From NCBI GenBank assembly GCA_025839675.1, contig CP104013.1, positions 3,600,001 to 3,632,000 on the forward strand: 32,000 bases of DNA, in the 5' to 3' direction. Source of the DNA: Candidatus Lokiarchaeum ossiferum. GTDB lineage: Archaea; Asgardarchaeota; Lokiarchaeia; Sigyniarchaeales; Promethearchaeaceae. Positions 6,744 through 16,226 of this stretch are shown here, piece by piece. The notes beneath the pieces were generated by a model. It was not told the DNA's origin and did not search any database. It was given only the letters and a program-made list of their open reading frames with translations. The translations under genes and the position numbers were made by a program. The first letter of the stretch is position 1; the number at the start of each line of letters is the position of its first letter.

Positions 6744-9164
6744 TTGACCTTAGCAAAAACGAATTTTCATTTACCTCAACATAATCAACGCTGCACAATT
6801 TCAAAATTGACTAATAAAATCGAAAATACTGAATCTGCTGCTGAAAACTTGATTGATATTATCGAAGATATATCCAAAAGTGTTGTTAATCAAATGGGTG
6901 CCATAGAAAAGGTGATCAAAGAAATTGAAAATTATTCCGTGGTCAATAAAGAAGTCAACGCACAGACTGAAAATTCAAAAATAATTGCTAACAATACTAT
7001 GGGTGTGGCAAAAAGCGGTCATGGGGCAACAGATCGCTCCATCAAGGCAATTGAGGCCATTGAAACTTCCGTTGGAAGTGTTAAATCAGAGGTTTTGAGT
7101 TTAAGTAAACAAACTCTGGAAATTTCAAAAATGCTTAAAATTATTAAAGATATTTCTCAAAAAACAAATATTTTATCCCTTAATGCTCAAATTGAGGCTG
7201 CCAGAGCGGGAGATGCTGGACGAGGATTTGCGGTTGTTGCTGATGAAGTGGGAAAACTCGCAAAAAGTAGTGATAATGCTGCAGAGGAAATTAATAATAT
7301 TTTATCAAAAATCGAAACCGGTATCAAAACCACATTGGAAGCCATGAAAGACAGTAATAATAAAGTCAAAGAAGGTGTACAAATTACTAAAGATACTAAT
7401 GCCGTTTTTGATAATATTATACAGTCTGTAGATGAAACTTCTGGAGTTATTAACGAAATCAATCTTTCTCTCCATCGTCAAAGTGATAGTTTGGGCCAAA
7501 TCATGGACTCCACTCAAATTATGGATGGAGAGTCTAAGAAAGTTATGAGTTTATCTGAAGTCGCCCTAATTGATGTTGAGAATACAAAGGCAGCCATTAA
7601 CCAGTTATCTAATGTAGGGGATATTTTGACTACTTTATCTAATCAAGTCGAAAAACTCCAAAACAAATTGAATTCTTCCCAGGAAAATATAATTCTCACC
7701 ACATATATGGCTGGAGAATTACGAACGAGAGATCCTGCAGTATCCACTGAAGCTGCGACCAATCATGTCCTTCAAAACATGCATCTTGGATTACTTACCA
7801 TGGGCAATAATTTAAATGCATTAGCAGGAATTGCCAAATCATGGTATGTAAAAGAAGATAATCTCACTTGGGTTTTTAATTTACGTCGGAATGTCAAATT
7901 CCATAATGGGAGAACAGTTAATGCTAATGATGTGAAATATTCCTTCAATCGTTTATTAAGTCCTCAGTTGAATTCCCCCGCAGCATGGTTTCTATTTCCA
8001 TTAGAAGGGGCTGAAGAATTTTATAATAGAAAAACATCCCTTTTTAAAGGGATTAAAGTAGTCAATACCTATCAAATTGAATTAAAACTGAAAGCACCAT
8101 ACCCCGGATTTATTTTGAATTTAACACAACCATCTACTGCAATCTTAGCTAAAGAGGATATTCCACGAGGCAAATTCACCGGATGTGGAAGTTATTATTT
8201 GTCTTCAGAGACAGAATCCCAATATATATTAGCTGCCTTTAAAGATTTTTATGGAGGTTTGCCATATGTTGATGAAGTTCATATTACTTACCAAGATGAA
8301 GATCTCGAAAAAAATGTTATTCAAGGCAAGTATCATTTCTTGGAGATTAAAGATATGAATCAAGTCAAAAAAATCCGTTCAACTAATTCGTCAATGACAA
8401 TCGAAACCATGGATATAATATCTTCCAATTTTGCTGCCTTTAATTTCAGATCGAATTCTATTTTTGTTCAAGATGTCGAGATACGTGAAGCAATCAACTA
8501 TGCTGTGAATAAAAAACGTATCATATCCGATGTTATGCTTGACTTAGTTGATGAATGTAAAGGTATTTTTCCACCCAGCATGTTAAATGATCGATCTATA
8601 AGTGGGTATCCATTTAATCCACAAAAAGCTAAGATGATCCTTAGGAAAAAAAATTTTAACAAATCTACCAACAAACTCAAAATTCTTATAAGAGAATCAG
8701 ATGTAAATTCAGACACCCAAAATCGAAAGATAATTGAATACATTGAAGAAGATTTAAAAACTGTCGGGATTGAGTGTTCATTAGTACCGGTACCTGCAGC
8801 CCAGTATTATAAACCAGAAAGCATGGCAAAAGCAGATATTGCCATTATTGGGTGGATCGCTGATACAGGAGATATGGATAATTTTTTGGAGCCTATTTTT
8901 AATGTTGCAAATTATACCAATTTCGGGAAATATGACAATCCCAAAGTGTTGGAATTAATGAAAGAAGCTAAGATGATCATCATTCCTGCAAAACGTATCG
9001 AAAAATATAAAGAAATTCAAAAAATTTTGCTCGCAGATGTGCCTTGGCTTCATCTATATCATTCAAAAACCATTGTAGCAAAGAAAAAAACAGGGATTGA
9101 AAATGTTCAATATTCCCCCGTAGGAAAAATCATGTTCGAAAATGTGATGATAACTGAAGAATAA
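6744..9164 (+). CDS. Soluble chemoreceptor-like protein: N-terminal MCP signalling hairpin fused to C-terminal family-5 (Opp/Dpp-type) solute-binding domain
   Basis: The MCP tip motif [33 protein letters not shown] lies at nt ~7174-7270. The SBP_bac_5-type block [42 protein letters not shown] is followed by ~480 aa of binding-protein-like sequence. I saw no hydrophobic TM or signal segment. The listed start is TTG at 6744, and the first in-frame ATG is at 6894, so the start is uncertain. Confidence 0.85.
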   Translation: MTLAKTNFHLPQHNQRCTISKLTNKIENTESAAENLIDIIEDISKSVVNQMGAIEKVIKEIENYSVVNKEVNAQTENSKIIANNTMGVAKSGHGATDRSIKAIEAIETSVGSVKSEVLSLSKQTLEISKMLKIIKDISQKTNILSLNAQIEAARAGDAGRGFAVVADEVGKLAKSSDNAAEEINNILSKIETGIKTTLEAMKDSNNKVKEGVQITKDTNAVFDNIIQSVDETSGVINEINLSLHRQSDSLGQIMDSTQIMDGESKKVMSLSEVALIDVENTKAAINQLSNVGDILTTLSNQVEKLQNKLNSSQENIILTTYMAGELRTRDPAVSTEAATNHVLQNMHLGLLTMGNNLNALAGIAKSWYVKEDNLTWVFNLRRNVKFHNGRTVNANDVKYSFNRLLSPQLNSPAAWFLFPLEGAEEFYNRKTSLFKGIKVVNTYQIELKLKAPYPGFILNLTQPSTAILAKEDIPRGKFTGCGSYYLSSETESQYILAAFKDFYGGLPYVDEVHITYQDEDLEKNVIQGKYHFLEIKDMNQVKKIRSTNSSMTIETMDIISSNFAAFNFRSNSIFVQDVEIREAINYAVNKKRIISDVMLDLVDECKGIFPPSMLNDRSISGYPFNPQKAKMILRKKNFNKSTNKLKILIRESDVNSDTQNRKIIEYIEEDLKTVGIECSLVPVPAAQYYKPESMAKADIAIIGWIADTGDMDNFLEPIFNVANYTNFGKYDNPKVLELMKEAKMIIIPAKRIEKYKEIQKILLADVPWLHLYHSKTIVAKKKTGIENVQYSPVGKIMFENVMITEE

Positions 9165-9166
9165 AG

Positions 9167-11056
9167 TTAGGATTTATGCTCGAATTTATATAACTCTTTG
9201 ATTAAACGTTCCAATTTGGATTCTTTAGCTATATTTTTTTTATTTGAATTTGCTTTTAGATTTTCTTGTGAAAATTTCTCCAATTCTTTCGTTACTTTTA
9301 TAATTTCTTGAATAACACTCAAATTTTCTTGAGTGGGAATCATTATGGGTATTTTTTGTAAATCTTTGATGTAAAATTGTAAGTAATCGCCTCGAACATG
9401 GGAATGGGAAAATAATGCGCGATAATACGTGCTAATAAATGTCGAATTCAAAATTCCAAGAAGATAGTAATATTCATCACAATGCGATTGAAAGAGGGAT
9501 AGAAATGGATATCGCATTTCTTCAGCATCGTTTTTTCTTACTAATAGAATGATAGAATTGTTGGCATAATATTGATCTCGATCTAGCGCTGCTTGGATTT
9601 GAGTTCCAAACAGTTTTATCATTATTTTTGGTTTAGCTTCAAAGATCCACTGATCCCTCAAGGAACCATAATCGCCTTGTGAACGATCGATCAAATCTGA
9701 ATTATAATGAACCCACAATCCATTCCACTTGATTTTAAACTTCTCCACCTTATCTCTTGAAGTTATTAGCTTTTTGAAGAGGTTAGAATCAGAAGATTGC
9801 TTTTTAAAAATCAATTTATCCTTCACATTTCCAGTATGAATCCCCTTTCGTAAAATATAGGGACTTGATTTAGAACCTATGTAAAAATAATTTTCTTTTG
9901 GCAGTTTCATTAAATATTCGATTAGTTTTATATTTGAAGAGTTTAAATCAGTTGATATTATAAAATCATGAGCAAGCAAGAAATATGATTGATCAATGAA
10001 AAAATTCTTAGAAAGAGGGGAGGTTTCATTCGAAATAATTGTTTTAAGGTCCGAAATCGTTTCAGTTTTAGCAATATGTATCTTATGTTGTGAGATTGAC
10101 TCAGAAGTGCATTCTTTTTTTTGTAAAATAATTATTACTGGGTATGTTGCGACATTATGAAAGATAGGGAGCTGGGACACATCAATAATATAATGAATCT
10201 TGGTTTGAGTTAGCAATAATTCCCTAATTTTCATACCATAGGATGATACCATCCATTTGTTGGTCAATATTAACCCTGCAAAACCACTTGGTTTGAGTAA
10301 TGTCACGATTTTCTCTAAGAACACTACGGAAATATCAAATTTTTTGTAAGCGCACTTGTATTTCTTTCTTAAAGATGCCCATGTTTTATCTGGTATTGCC
10401 CTTGATTCAATATAGGGGGGATTTCCCAATATAACATTGAATTGATGAGGTGTGTCGAGTTCTGGGTCGAACAATGCATCAGTTTCCTTCCATACTGCAT
10501 TTGGGATGAGGGAATGTTTTGACAAACTGATTGCGGTACCATCAATATCATAGCCATAATAGTTTTCCACATTAAAATGATATTCTGATGATAATTGTGA
10601 TTCTTGATCTTGAATCCACCATTGTGTCAGAAAACGCCCTGTTCCACATGCAATATCTGCTACTTTAATCGATTCGTCATGATTGGAGTCTTCAGAGTTT
10701 TGCTTCTTAGTTAAAAGCTGAATAATGTAATAAATTATTTCTTCTGGAGTATATACTCGACCTGATTCTCTCAATCGGGGTGTTTTTTCAATAATCCGAA
10801 GTTGAGTACCATCCCATTTTAGATAATGTTGAAAGAAAAAATGATAAATGGCCCCCAAAGGATCTGCTATCTCATCGTAAATTGTCCCATTTTTTATCAG
10901 ATTGATCGTTTCCTGCAAGTTCATCTGCATTAACACATTCCAATAATGTGTTCGGGATGATTCTTGGTCCCACGGCAAGTTTTTTTTTTTTAAAGTGCTT
11001 AATTCAAGCCTTATTTGCTGATACAATTTTTGTTTTAAGTTAGTGGGGGAAAACAT
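9167..11056 (-). CDS. N6-adenine DNA methyltransferase, gamma class (Eco57I/TaqI-like catalytic domain plus TaqI_C-like target-recognition domain); no nuclease domain
   Basis: Motif X is GRVYTPEEIIYYII, motif I is VADIACGTGRFL and motif IV is ILGNPPYIE, in the order X-I-IV. The C-terminal LLGILNSTFISTYYRALFS...GDYLQFYIKDLQKIPI resembles the TaqI-type TRD. Confidence 0.9.
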   Translation of the reverse strand: MFSPTNLKQKLYQQIRLELSTLKKKNLPWDQESSRTHYWNVLMQMNLQETINLIKNGTIYDEIADPLGAIYHFFFQHYLKWDGTQLRIIEKTPRLRESGRVYTPEEIIYYIIQLLTKKQNSEDSNHDESIKVADIACGTGRFLTQWWIQDQESQLSSEYHFNVENYYGYDIDGTAISLSKHSLIPNAVWKETDALFDPELDTPHQFNVILGNPPYIESRAIPDKTWASLRKKYKCAYKKFDISVVFLEKIVTLLKPSGFAGLILTNKWMVSSYGMKIRELLLTQTKIHYIIDVSQLPIFHNVATYPVIIILQKKECTSESISQHKIHIAKTETISDLKTIISNETSPLSKNFFIDQSYFLLAHDFIISTDLNSSNIKLIEYLMKLPKENYFYIGSKSSPYILRKGIHTGNVKDKLIFKKQSSDSNLFKKLITSRDKVEKFKIKWNGLWVHYNSDLIDRSQGDYGSLRDQWIFEAKPKIMIKLFGTQIQAALDRDQYYANNSIILLVRKNDAEEMRYPFLSLFQSHCDEYYYLLGILNSTFISTYYRALFSHSHVRGDYLQFYIKDLQKIPIMIPTQENLSVIQEIIKVTKELEKFSQENLKANSNKKNIAKESKLERLIKELYKFEHKS

Positions 11057-11099
11057 CTAATGGGTACAAATTGTCCCATGAAAATTTATATTTTATTAA

Positions 11100-11125
11100 T
11101 ATTCCAGTAATTGTTATTCCAGTAA
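11100..11125. repeat. Tandem 11-bp direct repeat TATTCCAGTAA (11100-11110 and 11115-11125) plus half-copy ATTCCA (11129-11134) just upstream of the methyltransferase TATA-like box
   Basis: Read directly. The TATA-like AAAATTTATATTTTATTAAT (11081-11100) lies about 25-45 nt upstream of the ATG at 11056 (minus strand), and the repeats abut it on the distal side. Confidence 0.5.
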
Positions 11126-11154
11126 GTCATTCCAAAAAATATAAAAAAAAGAAA

Positions 11155-11466
11155 TTATGCTGTTTTTTCAACAGACTTTACCTTCTCAACGGGCATAAAG
11201 GGTTGAGTTCCAAAGAGTTTTTGCATGGTTTTATCTAAATCGTGTAATAATTTCTTGACAAGATCAAACACCATTTTGACCATATCTTGAGTGAAGGTAA
11301 AGGCAAGGGTAATCATATTATATATAAAGGCGAAGCTCATCACGGCCAAAAACACAGTAATGGCAACAATAGCGATTTGGTAGAGGATGTGCATTCCGGC
11401 AAATTGGCTGAACAGTTCTTCGGCCATGTTTTCAAAGGTATAAGTGTTCATTTTAGGATTCTCCAA
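11155..11466 (-). CDS. Small membrane protein (103 aa, central hydrophobic hairpin, charged C-terminal tail)
   Basis: The ORF carries the hydrophobic core ILYQIAIVAITVFLAVMSFAFIYNMITLAFTF. It sits in tandem with a same-length neighbour. No family was recognised. Confidence 0.5.
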   Translation of the reverse strand: MENPKMNTYTFENMAEELFSQFAGMHILYQIAIVAITVFLAVMSFAFIYNMITLAFTFTQDMVKMVFDLVKKLLHDLDKTMQKLFGTQPFMPVEKVKSVEKTA

Positions 11467-11485
11467 GTAATTTATAAAAAAAAAA

Positions 11486-11797
11486 TTAAGCCTTCATTTC
11501 GGAAACAGGTTGGGCTGAATAAGCTCTAGGTTGATCGACAGGTCTAAGAATTATTCTCAAAATTGCATATGGGATTAATAAAGACAATACAACGGAATAA
11601 TAGCTGACATAAATTGATAGTTTAACTGCATAGTAGGTCAAATAAAGGGATCCTTTGACTGCCCAATAGGTGAGGGTCAAAGCTGAGATTGTAATGGCAA
11701 CGGCCAATGCAAAAAAGATGATTTGGTCCCGGAGGGACATGGCGATAAATTGAGCGTGAGCGGTTTCACTCCAATTAATAAACGATTCTACGGACAT
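11486..11797 (-). CDS. Small membrane protein (103 aa), possible distant paralog of 11155..11466
   Basis: There are two or three hydrophobic helices (IIFFALAVAITISALTLTYWAV; LSIYVSYYSVVLSLLIPYAIL). The N-terminal AQFIAMSLRDQI..AVAIT weakly matches SQFAGMHILYQI..VAIT in the neighbour. Confidence 0.5.
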   Translation of the reverse strand: MSVESFINWSETAHAQFIAMSLRDQIIFFALAVAITISALTLTYWAVKGSLYLTYYAVKLSIYVSYYSVVLSLLIPYAILRIILRPVDQPRAYSAQPVSEMKA

Positions 11798-12089
11798 TTT
11801 TTAGTGGTCTCCAATTAAGGTAATCTAATTATATTATAGATGGAGTGATACCTAAACCCTTCAGAGGCCGAAATTTATCATGGGGGCCACTTATTATCAT
11901 TTTTTTCTCATTCATGAGAGGTGATGGTTTGTAAAAAAAAATAGACTTGCTATATAAAGGTTAAAAAAAAAAGCAAATATGTACGGGCATTTCTAAATTC
12001 TTAACTATTTTTCATATTGATGTTATTTTTTTCTATCTATGTCCTAGATCTAACAATTATGATTTCGTATGACACTTTAGAACCGTACC

Positions 12090-12114
12090 TTTAAATAGAT
12101 CAGCTCTATTTAAA
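12090..12114. promoter_or_regulatory. Palindromic pair of TATA-like boxes: TTTAAATAG atcagct CTATTTAAA
   Basis: The 9-bp perfect inverted repeat was read directly. It lies ~130 nt upstream of the ORF at 12246, inside a 448-bp intergenic region. Confidence 0.25.
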
Positions 12115-12245
12115 AATTACTAAAATAGAAGGCGACAAAAATCCTCTCCCAAACTTATATTACCAGAAACACTTCCCAAATTGCGTTATCATTTCATCTT
12201 CCTGTTGAAGATAATCCCAAATTTCCAAAAAAAACAATTGGAATT

Positions 12246-12626
12246 ATGCTCAATGAGGGATTAAGTCATTTGGGTATTGAAATTGTTCAAACACGGGAAG
12301 ATTTTTTCTATACAATGACCTTTCCAGATTATAAATCCTTCAATCTTCTATTTAGGAATTTTTTTCTACACTACCCTATCGTGTCCACCAAAACCTCCAA
12401 AAATAATTCTCCTTTTGTTTTAACTTTTGCATTCGATGAAATCCCTCAAGAGCTTTGTGATGAGGAGTTGATTGAATTAATGACTTTGAGTTTAGAGATG
12501 ATGGGTCTAAAATTGGTTTCTCTGGCAGAAGTTGGGTTACACCACATTCCTTTCATTGATATGGATTCTTTTCTGGTCTTGCTTTATGGATTGATTCAAA
12601 ATCTAAATAAATCGCTAATAATATGA
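12246..12626 (+). CDS. Hypothetical protein (126 aa)
   Basis: It is an ORF only. No motif was recognised and nothing overlaps it. Confidence 0.4.
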   Translation: MLNEGLSHLGIEIVQTREDFFYTMTFPDYKSFNLLFRNFFLHYPIVSTKTSKNNSPFVLTFAFDEIPQELCDEELIELMTLSLEMMGLKLVSLAEVGLHHIPFIDMDSFLVLLYGLIQNLNKSLII

Positions 12627-12691
12627 AATGTAATGTATTTAGATTAAGAATATTGAATTAAAAATTAGAATTAAAAAAGTGTTATATTTAA

Positions 12692-13180
12692 TTATTTTTT
12701 AGCAGTTAATCCACCAATGATTCCTACAATTCCACCCACTGCGGTAGTTATCATTCCATAACCTAATTGCCACCGAACACCTGTAAAAGAATTAAATAGT
12801 GTTACTCCAAATTCATCCCACAAAATATTTGTATCTAAATTATTGGCTAAATTCGCTGCATCAGAATCTCCTAATAGTATAAGGTAAAATCCAATTCCTC
12901 CAATGACAAGCACTCCTCCAATAATAGATAAAGCTTTATTTTGAGTCAAACAGAGTATTCCTCCCAATGATGCAAGTATTCCTGGAATTAAGTAAGTCAA
13001 ATCCTCATTTAGTAATTCATCTGTATCTCCAAAAAATGCATTCATAAAGTAGGAATCTGTAACATCGTCGGCAAAGATGGTATAGAAATTCCACCATCCA
13101 AAAATATCAACAAAGAAACTTAAGACAATCCCCAAAAGAACGATTATCCCACCGATTAAAGCAATGACCGATTTCGCCAT
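12692..13180 (-). CDS. Glycine-rich integral membrane protein (about 4 TM helices)
   Basis: Hydrophobic segments are VIALIGGIIVLLGIVLSFFV, LIPGILASLGGILCL, ALSIIGGVLVIGGIGFYLILL and MITTAVGGIVGIIGGL. Confidence 0.55.
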   Translation of the reverse strand: MAKSVIALIGGIIVLLGIVLSFFVDIFGWWNFYTIFADDVTDSYFMNAFFGDTDELLNEDLTYLIPGILASLGGILCLTQNKALSIIGGVLVIGGIGFYLILLGDSDAANLANNLDTNILWDEFGVTLFNSFTGVRWQLGYGMITTAVGGIVGIIGGLTAKK

Positions 13181-13358
13181 AAATAATCATTTCTCTTATT
13201 CCTTAATAAAAATTTTGGGATGTTTCCTCCAAAATTCATACAAAATACCATAATAAATCATTATTTGGAACATTTTTGTTCACAATTCGACTTTTATTAT
13301 GGATATTCATCCGATTTATATGAAAAATTCTAAATAACTCAAACTCTTCTTTTTTTAC

Positions 13359-13856
13359 ATGCAATTAGTTTATCTCGCAGGTCCTTGTGGTTTTTCAGAA
13401 ATTGGAAGGTATGGTCTCAAACCCTTAGAACAAATCTTATGCACCAGTTTTTCAGTTCTCAATCCATTTCAAGAGGGAGAATTCTTCGGAAAAGAAATCG
13501 TTAATCTTCAGCAAAATCTCCATGATCCTTCCTCCAAAATGTCTTTTCTTGAGATTAAAACCCGTCTTCAACAAATTAACCAAACCTTAGGGCAAAACAA
13601 TGCTGAATTGATCAAGAAATCAGACTTGATCTTGGCGGTATTAGATGGTTCGGATGTAGATTCCGGGACGGCTGCTGAGATTGGGTATGCATATGGCTTA
13701 GGAAAAAAAATCTATGGCTACCGCGGAGATTTCCGCAATTGTGGGGATAACTTAGGGTCGGTCATTAATTTACAGGTCGAATATTTTATCAATGCGAGTG
13801 GGGGGCGGATTTTTTATTCTCTGGAGGAATTAAAATTATTTTTTAGTTCACACTAA
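13359..13856 (+). CDS. Nucleoside 2-deoxyribosyltransferase family protein
   Basis: It has the N-terminal VYLAGPCGF and the signature DGSDVDSGTAAEIGYAYGLGKKIYGY (DxGTxxExGYAxxxGK), which are typical of the family. Confidence 0.8.
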   Translation: MQLVYLAGPCGFSEIGRYGLKPLEQILCTSFSVLNPFQEGEFFGKEIVNLQQNLHDPSSKMSFLEIKTRLQQINQTLGQNNAELIKKSDLILAVLDGSDVDSGTAAEIGYAYGLGKKIYGYRGDFRNCGDNLGSVINLQVEYFINASGGRIFYSLEELKLFFSSH

Positions 13857-13955
13857 TATTTTCCCTTTTTCTTTCTTTGGAATTTTGATAAAATTTGTCC
13901 CTCGGAAAACATATATGGGTGATTTCGTGATAATGATCATAGGTTTGGAGAACAC

Positions 13956-15029
13956 ATGGAAGAACTTCTAATAAAAAAGCAAAAATATGTACAAATCCCC
14001 CTAGAGATCAGCAAACTTGAAAAATCACCCCAGACTGTAAAAAAGCTCAGTTTACATTTATGTTCTAACTCAAATATCCAAATTACCGATGAATGGTCCA
14101 GTCTAGAGTATATAGAAATTATTGGCTGTCGATATCTTGAACTCAGCTTTGCTTTCAAACAACCTTCGCAGCTTAAGCAAATCTTCTTTGCTTCGACCGA
14201 TTATGTAGATATATTGGATTTTTCCGGATCCTTTCCATTTTTTTCCAAGTGGCGATTTGAAAGCTGTCGCTATGTGAAATTTAAAGGCACATTTACAGGC
14301 GATAATCATCTGCAATCTCTTGAATTTAACGATTCCCCTAATTGTGAAGTGTTCAAAAACCCGACAAACTTACCGTATCTAAATTCCATTGAGTATCTTG
14401 ATGGTTGTAACTTTACCAAGTTAGATCTCAATTTGTTAACCGCTCCAAAACTCCATCGCCTATGGTTCAGAAATTCCAACTATGTCAACATTGTTTCCTT
14501 GGGAAAAATTGAAGAGCAATTGCAATCCTTCAAATTTGAGAACTGTGCTTATCCCAAACTAAATCTTGATTTTTCTCGGTTGGCTCGTTTGACCCATGAA
14601 AACCAACCAACAGAACTAGATTCAAAGGTATCCGCTGATTCTCCCGAAGAAGAAAGTAGTCCCTTTCGGAAATTTAAACGACAACCACGTCCCAAAAGAA
14701 CTACCACTAAACGGAATATTCGCAATGATCCAGACATGGTTTTAATGCGAGAAACTCTTTCCAGTGAAGATCCCACCCTATCTGCCCAGAATTTTCTTAA
14801 TTCACCTTCTTCTGTTCTCAATGATAATAATAATGACAAAGAAAATCTCCCGGCGTATGATCCAACTCAATTTATGAACTCTCTTAAACAATTAAATGAT
14901 TCTCCGAGTAAAACCTCCCCAACCGTTCCTGAAAGTCCGAAATTTAAGTTTTGTCCAGAATGTGGATCTCAAAATCCCCTGGGGGCTGGTTTTTGTTCTT
15001 CTTGTGGATTCAAGCTTCAAAACCGGTGA
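13956..15029 (+). CDS. Repeat protein: seven ~23-aa leucine-rich-repeat-like units, Ser/Pro/Lys-rich disordered linker, C-terminal zinc ribbon
   Basis: The repeats start LEYIEIIGCRYLE / LKQIFFASTDYVD / FSKWRFESCRYVK / LQSLEFNDSPNCE / LNSIEYLDGCNFT / LHRLWFRNSNYVN / LQSFKFENCAYPK. The C-terminus is CPECGSQNPLGAGFCSSCG (CxxC-x10-CxxC). Confidence 0.65.
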   Translation: MEELLIKKQKYVQIPLEISKLEKSPQTVKKLSLHLCSNSNIQITDEWSSLEYIEIIGCRYLELSFAFKQPSQLKQIFFASTDYVDILDFSGSFPFFSKWRFESCRYVKFKGTFTGDNHLQSLEFNDSPNCEVFKNPTNLPYLNSIEYLDGCNFTKLDLNLLTAPKLHRLWFRNSNYVNIVSLGKIEEQLQSFKFENCAYPKLNLDFSRLARLTHENQPTELDSKVSADSPEEESSPFRKFKRQPRPKRTTTKRNIRNDPDMVLMRETLSSEDPTLSAQNFLNSPSSVLNDNNNDKENLPAYDPTQFMNSLKQLNDSPSKTSPTVPESPKFKFCPECGSQNPLGAGFCSSCGFKLQNR

Positions 15030-15053
15030 GAAGGGAAAGGAAAAAAACTTGAA

Positions 15054-15977
15054 TTAATATTGGTGAAAATATTCAATGGGAATGGTTTGTAATTCAATAA
15101 GCCCAACAAATATCATCACTACTGTTAACACAATAAAGAAGGCAAAAGGAACGAGAGTTTTCACTTTTGGGTTTTTTATGCGCTTGATGATTGCTTTTGT
15201 TCCAAAATTGATGAAATAAAGAATGGCAATAACCAAGATATACTCAAAACCATACAAAAAGAAAGGCATATTGTTAATTTGATTCGTACTTATGAGTCCA
15301 ATTCTATTTTCTGGGGCCCAAAAAGGCCATTTTTGCAATGTCAATCGAGTTATAAAAAATAAAAGCCAAGTAAACAAAATCGTAGGGGTTATTTTTTTTA
15401 TATCAATTTCTTCTCCTTTTTTACAAGCAGTATAGAAAATATAAACTCCCATGAATGCCCCGCATATATGCGTTAAATCATACATAATCTGAATGATAAA
15501 CGAATGATATCGGAAAATATCCAGCGTAAAAATATTGCTTGCTTCAATTGGATTAATAGTACTGAACAAGCTCATTACAGGAAATGCCATTGTTCCGATG
15601 GCTCCTTGCTTTAACCAAGAATTTCCGGTTATCAAGGCCAAATAGGCAATCGTGGCTGTCCAATAACAAGTGTAAACCAAGTTATGAAGGTTATTAGTGG
15701 AATCATACTCAGCGTGATCTCCAACAATCTCCCATTGCATGTCACCGAAAACATTGAAATCCCAATGCTGATTTGCTCCTCCATATCCTAACTCAATCCA
15801 TTCATAAAGCCACCCATCGTAAAATAAATAAACTATTAGTATTCCAAGAAATATCGTCATGAAGAAAAATCCTAAGCGACGTTCTTTCAAATTTGGGTTT
15901 AGCTGAAATAATTTTTGTTTTGGAAGCGAATTTGAATCAGGTTCTGCTGTTAGTGTATCCATTTTGTCTAGCTCCAA
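15054..15977 (-). CDS. Polytopic membrane protein (about 7 TM helices), unknown function
   Basis: It has seven hydrophobic segments. The listed start is TTG at 15977, and an ATG lies 5 codons in (15962). No confident family was recognised. Confidence 0.6.
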   Translation of the reverse strand: MELDKMDTLTAEPDSNSLPKQKLFQLNPNLKERRLGFFFMTIFLGILIVYLFYDGWLYEWIELGYGGANQHWDFNVFGDMQWEIVGDHAEYDSTNNLHNLVYTCYWTATIAYLALITGNSWLKQGAIGTMAFPVMSLFSTINPIEASNIFTLDIFRYHSFIIQIMYDLTHICGAFMGVYIFYTACKKGEEIDIKKITPTILFTWLLFFITRLTLQKWPFWAPENRIGLISTNQINNMPFFLYGFEYILVIAILYFINFGTKAIIKRIKNPKVKTLVPFAFFIVLTVVMIFVGLIELQTIPIEYFHQY

Positions 15978-16226
15978 TGATTATTTAATATACTAAATAT
16001 TCGAAACCTCTTATTTATATAAATTGCTATTTGATCAATAAAACGCTTTACCTAATTAGTAAAATTTGTGATATCCCATCAGACAAGGCTTGTATATTCA
16101 AAAGTAAAGAAAAGGAAAGATGCGATTTGATTTAATTAATATCATTCTGAAATTTACCAGAACCCTTACAAATGTCATAAATAAAAGAAAGAAAGGAAAA
16201 AAACACGATTTGTCAATTCAAAATTT

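Noticed and set aside
9167-11797. Complete restriction-modification or BREX-like defence locus around the methyltransferase
   Set aside because: There is no nuclease, helicase, ATPase, phosphatase or protease gene adjacent. The neighbours are two 103-aa membrane proteins and a convergent chemoreceptor-like gene. Only an orphan methyltransferase can be supported.
15054-15977. Possible rhomboid-like (inactive) protease: THICGAFMG resembles the rhomboid TM6 His motif and GAIGTM sits where GxSG would be
   Set aside because: The catalytic Ser is absent (Ile in its place) and the TM2 H/N motif was not found. The resemblance is too weak to call without a profile search.
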